Shown here piece after piece: positions 18,001 through 28,700 of a DNA stretch of 64,000 bases. The position numbers and the translations under genes were made by a program. The DNA lies in contig OZ024743.1 of the NCBI GenBank assembly GCA_964016885.1, positions 145,328,001 through 145,392,000 of the forward strand, given 5' to 3'. Positions within the stretch are counted from its first letter, which is position 1. Each line of letters opens with the position of its first letter. The stretch comes from Eledone cirrhosa. Taxonomy: Eukaryota. The notes beneath the pieces are model-generated. The model worked only from the letters and a program-made list of their open reading frames with translations. It did no database searches and had not been told where the DNA came from.

Positions 18001-21000
18001 CACACTAGTGATCTAAGATAGAATATAAATATACACAGATGCAATAGCAAAAACCATACACAAGCACACAGAGTGATGTAAGATAGAATATAAATATACA
18101 CAAATGCAATAGCAACAACCATACACATACACACACTAGTGATCTAAGATAGAATATAAATATTAACAGATGCAATAGCAACAACCATACACAAACACAC
18201 ACTAGTGATCTAAGATGGAATATAAATATACACAAATCCAATAACAACAAGCATACACAAACACACACTAGTGATCTAAGATAGAATATAAATATACACA
18301 GGTGCAATAGCAAGAACCATACACAAACACACACTAGTGACCAAAGATAGAATATAAATATACACAGATGCAATTACAAGAACCATACAGAAACACACAC
18401 TAGTGACCAAAGATAGTGTATATATATACACAGATGCAATAGAAACAAACATACACAAACACACACTAGTGACCAAAGATAGAATATAAATATACACAGA
18501 TGCAATAGCAACAATCATACACAAACACACAGAGTTATATAAGATAGAATATAAATATACACAGATGCAATAGCAACAGCCATACACAAACACACACTAG
18601 TGATCTAACATAGAATATAAGTATACACAGATGCCATAGCAACAACCATACACAAACACACACTAGTGATCTAAGATAGAATATAAATATACACAGATTG
18701 AATAGCAACAACCATACACAAACACACACTAGTGATCTAAGATAAAATATAAATATACGCAGATACAATAGCAACAACCATACACAAACACACACTAGTG
18801 ACCAAAGATAGAGTATAAATATACACAGATGCAATAGCAACAACCATACACAAACACACACTAGTGATCTAAGATAGAATATAAATATACACAGATGCAA
18901 TAGCAACAGCCATACACAAACACACACAGAGTGATGTAAGTTAGAATATAAATATACACAGATGCAATAGCAACAGCCATACACAAACACACACTAGTGA
19001 TCTAACAAAGAATATAAATATACACAGATGCCATAGCAACAACCATACACAAACACACAATAGTGACCAAAGATAGAGTATAAATATACACAGATCTAAT
19101 AGCAACAACCATACACAAACACACACTAGTGACCAAAGATAGAATATAAATATACACAGATGCAATAGCAAGTACCATACACAATCACACACTACTGACC
19201 AAAGATAGAGTTTAAATATACACAGATGCAATAGAAACAACCATAGACAAACACACACTAGTGATCTAAGATAGAATATAAATATACACAGATGCAATAG
19301 CAACAACCATACACAAACACACACTAGTGATCTAAGATAGAGTTTAAATATACACAGATGCAATAGCAACAACCATACACAAACACACAGAGTGATGTAA
19401 GATAGAATATAAATATACACAGATGCAATAGCAACAACCATACACAAACACACACTAGTGATCTAAGATAGAATATAAATATACACAGATGCAATAGCAA
19501 CAACCATACACGAACACACACTAGTGATCTAAGATAGAATATAAATATACACAGATGGAATAGCAACAACCATACACAAACACACACTAGTGACCAAAGA
19601 TAGAATATAAATATACACAGATGCAATAGCAACAACCATACACAAACACACACTAGTGATCTAAGATAGAATATAAATATACACAGATGGAATAGCAACA
19701 ACCATACACAAACACACACTAGTGACCAAAGATAGAATGTAAATATACACAGATGCAATAGCAACAACCATACACAAACACACACGAGTGATCTAAGATA
19801 GAATATGAATATACACAGATCCAATAGCAACAACTATACACAAACACACAGAGTGATGTAAGATAGATTATAAATATACACAGATGCAATAGCAACGACC
19901 ATACACAAACACACACTAGTGATCTAAAATAGAATATAAATATACACAGATGGAATAGCAACAACCATACACAAACACAAACTAGTGCCCGAAGATAGAG
20001 TATAAATATACACAGATCCAATAGCAACAACCATAAACAAACACACACTAGTTATCTAAGATAGAATATGAATATACACAGATTCCATAGCAACAACCAT
20101 ACACAAACACACACTAGTGATCTAAGATAGAATATAAATATACACAGATCCAATAGCAACAAGCATACACAAACACACACTAGTTATCTAAGATAGAATA
20201 TAAATATACACAGATGCAATAGCAAGAACCATACACAAACACACACTAGTAATCTAAGATAGAATATAAATATACACAGATCCAATAGCAACAAGCATAC
20301 ACAAACACACACTAGTTATCTAAGATAGAATATAAATATACACAGATGCAATAGCAAGAACCATACACAAACACACACTAGTGATCTAAGATAGAATATA
20401 AATATACACAGATGCAATAGCAAGAACCATACACAAACACACACTAGTGACCAAAGATAGAGTATAAATATACACAGATCCAATAGCAACAACCATACAC
20501 AAACACACACTAGTGACCAAAGATAGAGTATAAATATACACAGATGCAATAGCAACAACCATACAAAAACACACACTAGTGACCAAAGATGGAGTATAAA
20601 TATACACAGATCCAATAGCAACAACCATACACAAACACACACTAGTGATCTAAGATAAAATATAAATATACACAGATGCAATAGCAACAGCCATACACAA
20701 ACACACACAGAGTGATGTAAGATAGAATATAAATATACACAGATGCAATAGCAACAGCCATACACAAACACACACTAGTGATCTAAGATAGAATATAAAT
20801 ATACACAGATGCCATAGCAACAACCATACACAAACACACACTAGTGATCTAAGATAGAATATAAATATACACAGATGCAATAGCGACAACCATACACAAA
20901 CACACACTAGTGACTAAAGATAGAATATAAATATACACAGATGCAATAGTAACAACCATACACAAACACACACTAGTGATCTAAGATAGAATATAAATAT

Positions 21001-23429
21001 ACACAGATGAAATAGCAACAACCATACACAAACACACACTAGTGATCTAAGATAGAATATAAATATACACAGATGCAATAGCAACAAACATACACAAACA
21101 CACACTAGTGTTGTAAGATAGAATATAAATATACACACATGCAATAGCAACAACCATACACAAACACACACTAGTGATCAAAGATAGAATATAAATATAC
21201 AGAGATGCAATAGCAACAACGATACACAAACACACACTAGTGATCTAAGATAGAATATAAATATACGCAGATGCAATAGCGACAACCATACACACACACA
21301 CACTAGTGACCTAAGATAGAATATAAATATACACAGATGCAATAGCGACAACCATACACAAACACACATTAGTGACTAATGATAGAATATAAATATACAC
21401 AGATGCAATAGTAACAACCATACACAAACACACACTAGTGATCTAAGATAGAATATAAATATACACAGATGAAATAGCAACAACCATACACAAACACACA
21501 CTAGTGATCTAAGATAGAATATAAATATACACAGATGCAATAGCAACAAACATACACAAACACACACTAGTGTTGTAAGATAGAATATAAATATACACAC
21601 ATGCAATAGCAACAACCATACACAAACACACACTAGTGATCAAAGATAGAATAAAAATATACACAGATGCAATAGCAACAACCATACACAAACACACACT
21701 AGTGATCTAAGATAGAATATAAATATACAGAGATGCAATAGCAACAACCATACACAAACACACACTAGTGATCTAAGATATAATATAAATATACGCAGAT
21801 GCAATAGCAACAGCCATACACAAACACACACTAGTGATCTAAGATATAATATAAATATACACAGATCCAATAGCAACGACCATACAAAAACACACACTAC
21901 TGATCTAAGATAGAATATAAATATATGCAGTTGCAATAGCAACAACCATACACAAACACACACTAGTGTTGTAAGATAGAATATAAATATTAACAGTGCA
22001 ATAGCAACAAACATACACAAACACACACTAGTGTTGTAAGATAGAATATAAATATACACACATGCAATAGCAACAACCATACACAAACACACACTAGTGA
22101 TCTAAGATAGAATATAAATATACACAGATGCAATAGCAACAACCATACACAAACACACACTAGTGACTAAAGATAGAATATAAATATTAACAGATGCAAT
22201 ATCAACAACCATACACAAACACACACTATTGATCTAAGATAGAATATAAATATACACAGATGCAATAGCAACAACCATACACAAACACAGACTAGTGACC
22301 AAAGATAGAATATAAATATTAACAGATGCAATAGCAGGAAACATACACAAACACACAGTAGTGACCAAAGATAGAATATAAATATACATAGATGCAATAG
22401 CAACAACCATACACAAACACACACTAGTGATCTAAGATAGAATATAAATATACAGAGATGCAATAGCAACAACCATACACAAACACACACTAGTGATCTA
22501 AGATATAATATAAATATACGCAGATGCAATAGCAACAACCATACACAAACACACACTAGTGATCTAACATATAATATAAATATACGCAGATGCAATAGCA
22601 ACAGCCATACACAAACACACACAAGTGATCTAAGATATAATATAAATATACACAGATCCAATAGCAACGACCATACAAAACCACACACTACTGATCTAAG
22701 ATAGAATATAAATATACGCAGATGCAATAGCGACAACCATACACAAACACACACTAGTGATCTAAGATAGAATATAAATATACACAGATGCAATAGCAAC
22801 AACCATACACAAACACACACTAGTGATCTAAGATAGAATATACATATACGCAGATGCAATAGCGACAACCATACACACACACACACTAGTGACCTAAGAT
22901 AGAATATAAATATACACAGATGCAATAGCGACAACCATACACAAACACACACTAGTGACTAAAGATAGAATATAAATATACACAGATGCAATAGTAACAA
23001 CCATACACAAACACACACTAGTGATCTAAGATAGAATATAAATATACACAGATGAAATAGCAACAACCATACACAAACACACACTAGTGATCTAAGATAG
23101 AATATAAATATACACAGATGCAATAGCAACAAACATACACAAACACACACTAGTGTTGTAAGATAGAATATAAATATACACACATGCAATAGCAACAACC
23201 ATACACAAACACACACTAGTGATCAAAGATAGAATATAAATATACACAGATGCAATAGCAACAACAATACACAAACACACACTAGTGATCTAAGATAGAA
23301 TATAAATATACAGAGATGCAAGAGCAACAACCATACACAAACACACACTAGTGATCTAAGATATAATATAAATATACGCAGATGCAATAGCAACAGCCAT
23401 ACACAAACACACACTAGTGATCTAAGATA
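1..23429. repeat. 66-bp tandem satellite array, left arm (about 355 monomers; runs off the window start)
   Basis: Seen directly: continuous head-to-tail monomers. Consensus has 33 A, 14 C, 12 T, 7 G (32% GC, no CpG). Point variants and occasional 65/67-bp units. Ends at ...CTAGTGATCTAAGATA (23429). Confidence 0.99.
455..6150. repeat. Higher-order tandem duplication, period 2769 bp (42 monomers); related copies at about 7.3-10.6 kb and 13.0-16.4 kb
   Basis: Identical ORF-track translations at 1001..1849, 3770..4618, 8254..9102 and 13991..14839 (offsets 2769, 4484, 5737), with shared rare variants such as TATGATATAATATGAATATACACTGAAGC. Boundaries approximate. Confidence 0.85.
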
Positions 23430-23693
23430 AGTTTCTTTTATTTGCCACTAGGGCATCAAAAGTGGGACAAGTACAATGGGGGGAGTTTACACAAAAAGGC
23501 GTCCTCAATAAGGAGGAGGCAATAACAAAATATAAAAATAAAATAAGATATAACAAAAAATAAAATTTTTAACAAAATCCTCAATAGAGAGGAGGCGCCT
23601 TGGGGGGTCGCACACACCCCCGAAAAAAGTGTGCAACCCTTCTCCTCAGGAGCACAGAGAAGGGGTGCTCCCTTGGTCTTTCATCTTCCTCAC
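23430..23693 (-). other. Retrotransposon 3' UTR with several inverted repeats and a U-rich tract
   Basis: Lies between the ORF stop and the left junction. U-rich tract in the sense RNA at 23521-23577. Stems at 23502-23517, 23578-23593, 23605-23639 and 23637-23671. Confidence 0.85.
23437..23442 (-). promoter_or_regulatory. Putative polyadenylation signal AATAAA at the element 3' end
   Basis: Plus-strand TTTATT reads AATAAA on the element sense strand, 7 nt from the junction (…GCAAATAAAAGAAACT|satellite). Confidence 0.6.
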
Positions 23694-25757
23694 CTATAGT
23701 CTGATGTAGAGTGAAGGCCCATTCACACGGGCCATTCTCGCCACTTTCACCCATCTTTCATAGAAACGGCTGGGGTGCAGCACCTCTCTCTCCATCCTGA
23801 TCCTTCTTCCGAAATGATATCGGAAGAAACGGACCAGTTGTTGGCCAGAGAGAAAGGTGCCTGACCTCAGTCCTTTCAGACGCGTCCACCATACAACCTC
23901 TTTCGCCATGGCTATTACGCACAGAAACACCGCCTCTGCTTCATCTTTGAAGGGGGGAGGCGGCTTGATCATTACAATAGACTCGGTGGTCAACCGGATC
24001 GGTCCCACCCTTGACAGCAGTTGTTCGACATAGCCCCACAGATCGGCTACGCCCGCGCAGTGTACCAATGCGTGTGCAACGGTTTCCTCGTCGCACACGC
24101 ATCTGGGACAGATCTTTTTGGCGGGGTCCCTACCCGGGCGCCCGTGTCTGTAGAGCCTTTCTCGAACGGGTAAAGCCCCTCGGTAGCACTGCCAGGCCAG
24201 GGACTTCTGGAAGTTGTCCATAGGTCCCGGGCTGAATGTCCTACCGAACAGGCTGGCCAGTTCGTCCTCCTCCATGTCTAGGGCTTCTCCGAGGGCGTCG
24301 TCGCACCTGCTGCGTACCAGCCCTCTATAGAATGTTGCGGTGGAGTCTCCACTGATAACCGGATCCGCCTGCCAGAGGGCGGTGAGCGCCTGGGCACACT
24401 CAGTGTGCCAGGCGCCCAGTTTTCTCGGTCTTTGCTTGACCCAGGATTGCAGCTCGGTGAGTGAGACGAGTCTGGGAAAGGTTCGTCTTACAAACGAGGC
24501 CCACACCGGTTGTCCGGTGAGGAATACGTAGAGGTGCCGTAGCCTTAATGCGTGTTTACGCATCATTAGCCACGGCATCCCCAGCCCTCCTTTCGAAGGG
24601 TGTTGACAGCAGATGGATCTCCTCACCATAGGAGCCCGCCTCTTCCAAAGGAATTGGAAGAGCGCGCGCTCCATCTTGGTGAGGGTTTCCCTTGGGCAGG
24701 GCACTACGGTCAGGCGGTAGTAGATGACGGACGCTATGTAGGTGTTCGCCACCTCCGCCCGACCTTTCAGGGATAGTTTGCAACTGGCCCACTTCTGGGT
24801 CAGTGCAAACACCCTGTTCGTAACCTCCGCCCAGTTTTTCTCCACCTGGAGGTCCGGTCCGAACCAGACCCCGAGCAACTTCACCGGGCCCTCCGTCCAG
24901 CGTCCGACGACGCCATCGGAGGGCATCGGTCTGCCCCTCCACGTGCCGAGTTGCAAACCGATCGACTTGTCCCGGTTCAGCTTAGCCCCTGTGAACTTTT
25001 CGTACTCCTCCAGTAAGGTGCCGACCGCCTCGATTTCGGAGGCCGTCGACACCATTACTGTCACGTCATCGGCGTAGGCCGACACCGCTTTCCGCAATCC
25101 CGGTTCCAAAGGGATGCCCTGCAACAACTCCAACTTCCGCAGTAGTGGCTCTAGAGTCAACACATACAGAAGGGAGGAGAGAGGGCACCCTTGTCGGATG
25201 GACCGCGCGATTTTGAACGGCTCCGAGAGGTAGCCGTTCACCTTGACCCTAGAGCAGATGCGGCTGCTGTGCATAGCAGTGATCCAGCCCCTGAAAACGG
25301 GTCCGAAGCCTGCCGCCGCTAGCACCGCATCCAGGTAACCATGGTCGACCCTATCGAACGCCTTAGATTGATCCAAGTTGATCAGAGCCCCACCAAAGCC
25401 GGGTTCGTTCCCAACCCTCTCTATGATGTATCGCAAGAGGTGGAGGTTGTCATGGATGGACCTGGACGGGATAGCGCATGTCTGCGCATCTCCCACCAGG
25501 TTGCCCACGACAAGCGCCAACCTCTTTGCTAGCACCTTGGCCAAAATCTGTAACTCTGTATTTAGCAGTGTTATGGGCCTGAAGTTACTTATTTCGTCCC
25601 CCTTGTTCTCGTCCTTCCTCACTAGCGTGACTACGCCCTTGGTCACAGTACAGGGAATTCTCCCGTTCTGTTGCCAGTTGCAGTAGACCACCTCGAGGAG
25701 ATCGGGGAACAAGTCCGGCATAGCTAGATATAATTCGTAAGGAAGACCATCGACCAT
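23694..25757 (-). CDS. ORF2 remnant: reverse transcriptase plus thumb and zinc knuckle, no endonuclease; 687 aa from a satellite-derived ATG
   Basis: Open frame with no stops or frameshifts. Motifs: DGLPYELY (from 25751), FRPITLLN, LDQSKAFD (25376-25353), QGCPLS (25193-25176), YADD (25076-25065), GAKLNRDKS, KLLGV, GGLGMP, CX2CX8HX4C (24110-24057), TAG at 23696-23694. The track start (GTG, 25769) and the ATG (25757-25755) both lie in satellite. Expression is unproven. Confidence 0.85.
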   Translation of the reverse strand: MVDGLPYELYLAMPDLFPDLLEVVYCNWQQNGRIPCTVTKGVVTLVRKDENKGDEISNFRPITLLNTELQILAKVLAKRLALVVGNLVGDAQTCAIPSRSIHDNLHLLRYIIERVGNEPGFGGALINLDQSKAFDRVDHGYLDAVLAAAGFGPVFRGWITAMHSSRICSRVKVNGYLSEPFKIARSIRQGCPLSSLLYVLTLEPLLRKLELLQGIPLEPGLRKAVSAYADDVTVMVSTASEIEAVGTLLEEYEKFTGAKLNRDKSIGLQLGTWRGRPMPSDGVVGRWTEGPVKLLGVWFGPDLQVEKNWAEVTNRVFALTQKWASCKLSLKGRAEVANTYIASVIYYRLTVVPCPRETLTKMERALFQFLWKRRAPMVRRSICCQHPSKGGLGMPWLMMRKHALRLRHLYVFLTGQPVWASFVRRTFPRLVSLTELQSWVKQRPRKLGAWHTECAQALTALWQADPVISGDSTATFYRGLVRSRCDDALGEALDMEEDELASLFGRTFSPGPMDNFQKSLAWQCYRGALPVRERLYRHGRPGRDPAKKICPRCVCDEETVAHALVHCAGVADLWGYVEQLLSRVGPIRLTTESIVMIKPPPPFKDEAEAVFLCVIAMAKEVVWWTRLKGLRSGTFLSGQQLVRFFRYHFGRRIRMEREVLHPSRFYERWVKVARMARVNGPSLYIRL
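24057..24110 (-). other. CCHC zinc-knuckle coding segment (CPRCVCDEETVAHALVHC)
   Basis: CX2CX8HX4C spacing near the ORF C-terminus, as established for L1/Tx1 ORF2 proteins. Confidence 0.9.
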
Positions 25758-25770
25758 ACAAAAACACACA

Positions 25771-28700
25771 CTACTGATCTAAGATAGAATATAAATATAC
25801 GCAGTTGCAATAGCAACAACCATACACAAACACACACTAGTGTTGTAAGATAGAATATAAATATACACACATGCAATAGCAACAACCATACACAAACACA
25901 CAATAGTGATCAAAGATAGAATATAAATATACACAGATGCAATAGCAACAACCATACACAAACACACACTAGTGACACAAGATAGAATGTAAATATACAC
26001 AGATGCAATAGCAACAACCATACACAATCACACAGTAGTGACCAAAGATAGAATATAAATATACATAGATGCAATAGCAACAACCATACTCAAACACACA
26101 CTAGTGATCTAAGATAGAATATAAATATACACAGATGCAATGGCAACAACGATACACAAACACACACTAGTGATCTAAGATAGAATATAAATATACACAG
26201 ATGCAATAGCAACAACCATACACAAACACACAGTAGTGACCAAAGATAGAATATAAATATACATAGATTCAATAGCAACAACCATACATAAACACACATT
26301 AGTGATCTAAGATAGAATATAAATATACACAGATGCAATAGCAACAACCATACACAAACACACACTAGTGACCAAAGATAGAATATAAATATACATAGAT
26401 GCAATAGCAACAACCGTACACAAACACACACTAGTGATCTAAGATAGAATATAAATATACACAGATGCAATGGCAACAACGATACACAAACACACACTAG
26501 TGATCTAAGATAGAATATAAATATACACAGATGCAATAGCAACAACCATACACAAACACACACTAGTGACTAAATATAGAATATAAATATTAACAGATGC
26601 AATAGCAACAACCATACACAAACACACACTATTGATCTAAGATAGAATATAAATATACACAGATGCAATAGCAACAACCATACACAAACACAGACTAGTG
26701 ACCAAAGATAGAATATAAATATACAGAGATGCAATAGCAACAACCATACACAAACACACACTAGTGATCTAAGATATAATATAAATATACGCAGATGCAA
26801 TAGCAACAGCCATACACAAACACACACTAGTGATCTAAGATATAATATAAATATACACAGATCCAATAGCAACGACCATACAAAAACACACACTACTGAT
26901 CTAAGATAGAATATAAATATACGCAGATACAATAGTAACAAACATACACAAACACACACTAGTGTTGTAAGATAGAATATAAATATTAACAGATGCAATA
27001 GCAACAAACATACACAAACACACACTAGTGACACAAGATAGAATGTAAATATACACAGATGCAATAGCAACAACCATACACAAACACACAGTAGTGACCA
27101 AAGATAGAATATAAATATACTTAGATGCAATAGCAACAACCATACACAAACACACACTAGTTATCTAAGATAGAATATAAATATACACAGATGCAATGGC
27201 AACAACGATACACAAACACACACTAGTGATCTAACATAGAATATAAATATACACAGATGCAATAGCAACAACCATACACAAACAAACAGTAGTGACCAAA
27301 GATAGAATATAAATATACATAGATGCAATAGCAACAACCGTACACAAACACACACTAGTAACCAAAGATAGAATATAAATATACATATATGCAATAGCAA
27401 CAACCATACACAAACACACACTAGTGATCTAAGATAGAATATAAATATACGCAGATGCAATAGCGACAACCATACACAAACACACAGTAGTGACCAAAGA
27501 TAGAATATAAATATACATAGATGCAATAGCAACAACCATACACAAACACACACTAGTGATCTAAGATAGAATATAAATATACACAGATGCAATAGCAACA
27601 ACCATACACAAACACACACTAGTGATCTAGCATAGAATATAAATATACACAGATTCAATAGCAACAACTATACACAAACAAACACTAGTGATCTAAGATA
27701 GAATATAAATATACAGAGATGCAATAGCAACAACCATACACAAACACACACTAGTGATCTAAGATAGAATATAAATATTAACAGATGCAATAGCAACAAC
27801 CATACACAAACACACACTAGTGACCTAAGATAGAATATAAATATACACACATGCAATAACAATAAACATACACAAACACACATTAGTGACCAAAGATTGA
27901 ATATAAATATACACAGATGCAATAGCAACGACGATACACAAACACACAGAGTGATGTAAGATAGAATATAAATATACACAGATGCAAGAGTAACAACCAT
28001 ACACAAACACACACTAGTGATCTAAGATAGAATATAAATATACACAGACGCAATAGCAACAACCATACACAAACACACACTAGAGATCTAAGATAGAATA
28101 TAAATATACACATATGCAATAGCAACAACCATACACAAACACACACTAGTAACCAAAGATAGAATATAAATATACATAGATGCAATAGCAACAACCATAC
28201 ACAAACACACACTAGTGATCTAAGATAGAATATAAATATACACAGATGCAATAGCAACAAACATACACAAACACACACTAGTGATCTTAGATAGAATATA
28301 AATATACACAGATGCAATGGCAACAACGATACACAAACACACACCAGTGATCTAAGATAGAATATAAATATACACAGATGCAATAGCAACAACCATACAC
28401 AAACACACACTAGTGACTAAAGATAGAATATAAGTATTAACAGATGCAATAGGAACAACCATACACAAACACACACTATTGATCTAAGATAGAATATAAA
28501 TATACACAGATGCAATAGCAACAACCATACACAAACACAGACTAGTGACCAAAGATAGAATATAAATATTAACAGATGCAATAGCAAGAACCATACACAA
28601 ACACACAGTAGTGACCAAAGATAGAATATAAATATACATAGATGCAATAGCAACAACCATACACAAACACACACTAGTGATCTAAGATAGAATGTAAATA

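Larger units (their letters stand above)
23430..25750 (-). mobile_element. 5'-truncated non-LTR retrotransposon (LINE), L1/Tx1 clade, 2321 bp
   Basis: Only non-satellite DNA in the window, visibly GC- and CpG-rich, with sharp junctions. Encodes non-LTR RT motifs and a C-terminal CCHC knuckle, then a 264-bp 3' UTR with AATAAA near the end. ORF1 and the APE endonuclease are absent. Tx1 assignment is from motif recall (DGLPYE, LDQSKAFDRVDH, LSLKGR, GGLGMP), not a database search. Confidence 0.95.

Noticed and set aside
23420-23436. U2 snRNA-like words at the junction (CTAAGAT on plus, CTTATC on minus), suggesting a Keno-type target
   Set aside because: Only 6-7 nt matches on opposite strands, with no U2 sequence nearby. 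Compatible with chance.
23430-25750. Host assignment (the RT recalls Tx1-like proteins from cephalopod genomes)
   Set aside because: Memory-based impression only. It needs a BLASTP search and is not supportable from the sequence alone.
24011-25767. Short plus-strand and alternate-frame ORFs inside the element
   Set aside because: Shadow ORFs of a GC-rich coding sequence with no recognisable motifs.
23694-25769. Bacterial RT system (retron, DGR, group II intron, defence RT) or telomerase
   Set aside because: The motif set, CCHC knuckle, 3' UTR with AATAAA and 5' truncation fit a eukaryotic L1/Tx1 LINE. No partner genes or telomerase-specific motifs are visible.
23394-25786. 36-bp target-site duplication
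   Set aside because: The flanks differ at three diagnostic variant positions and match consecutive monomers of the empty site at 21811-21912, so this is a 30-bp deletion.
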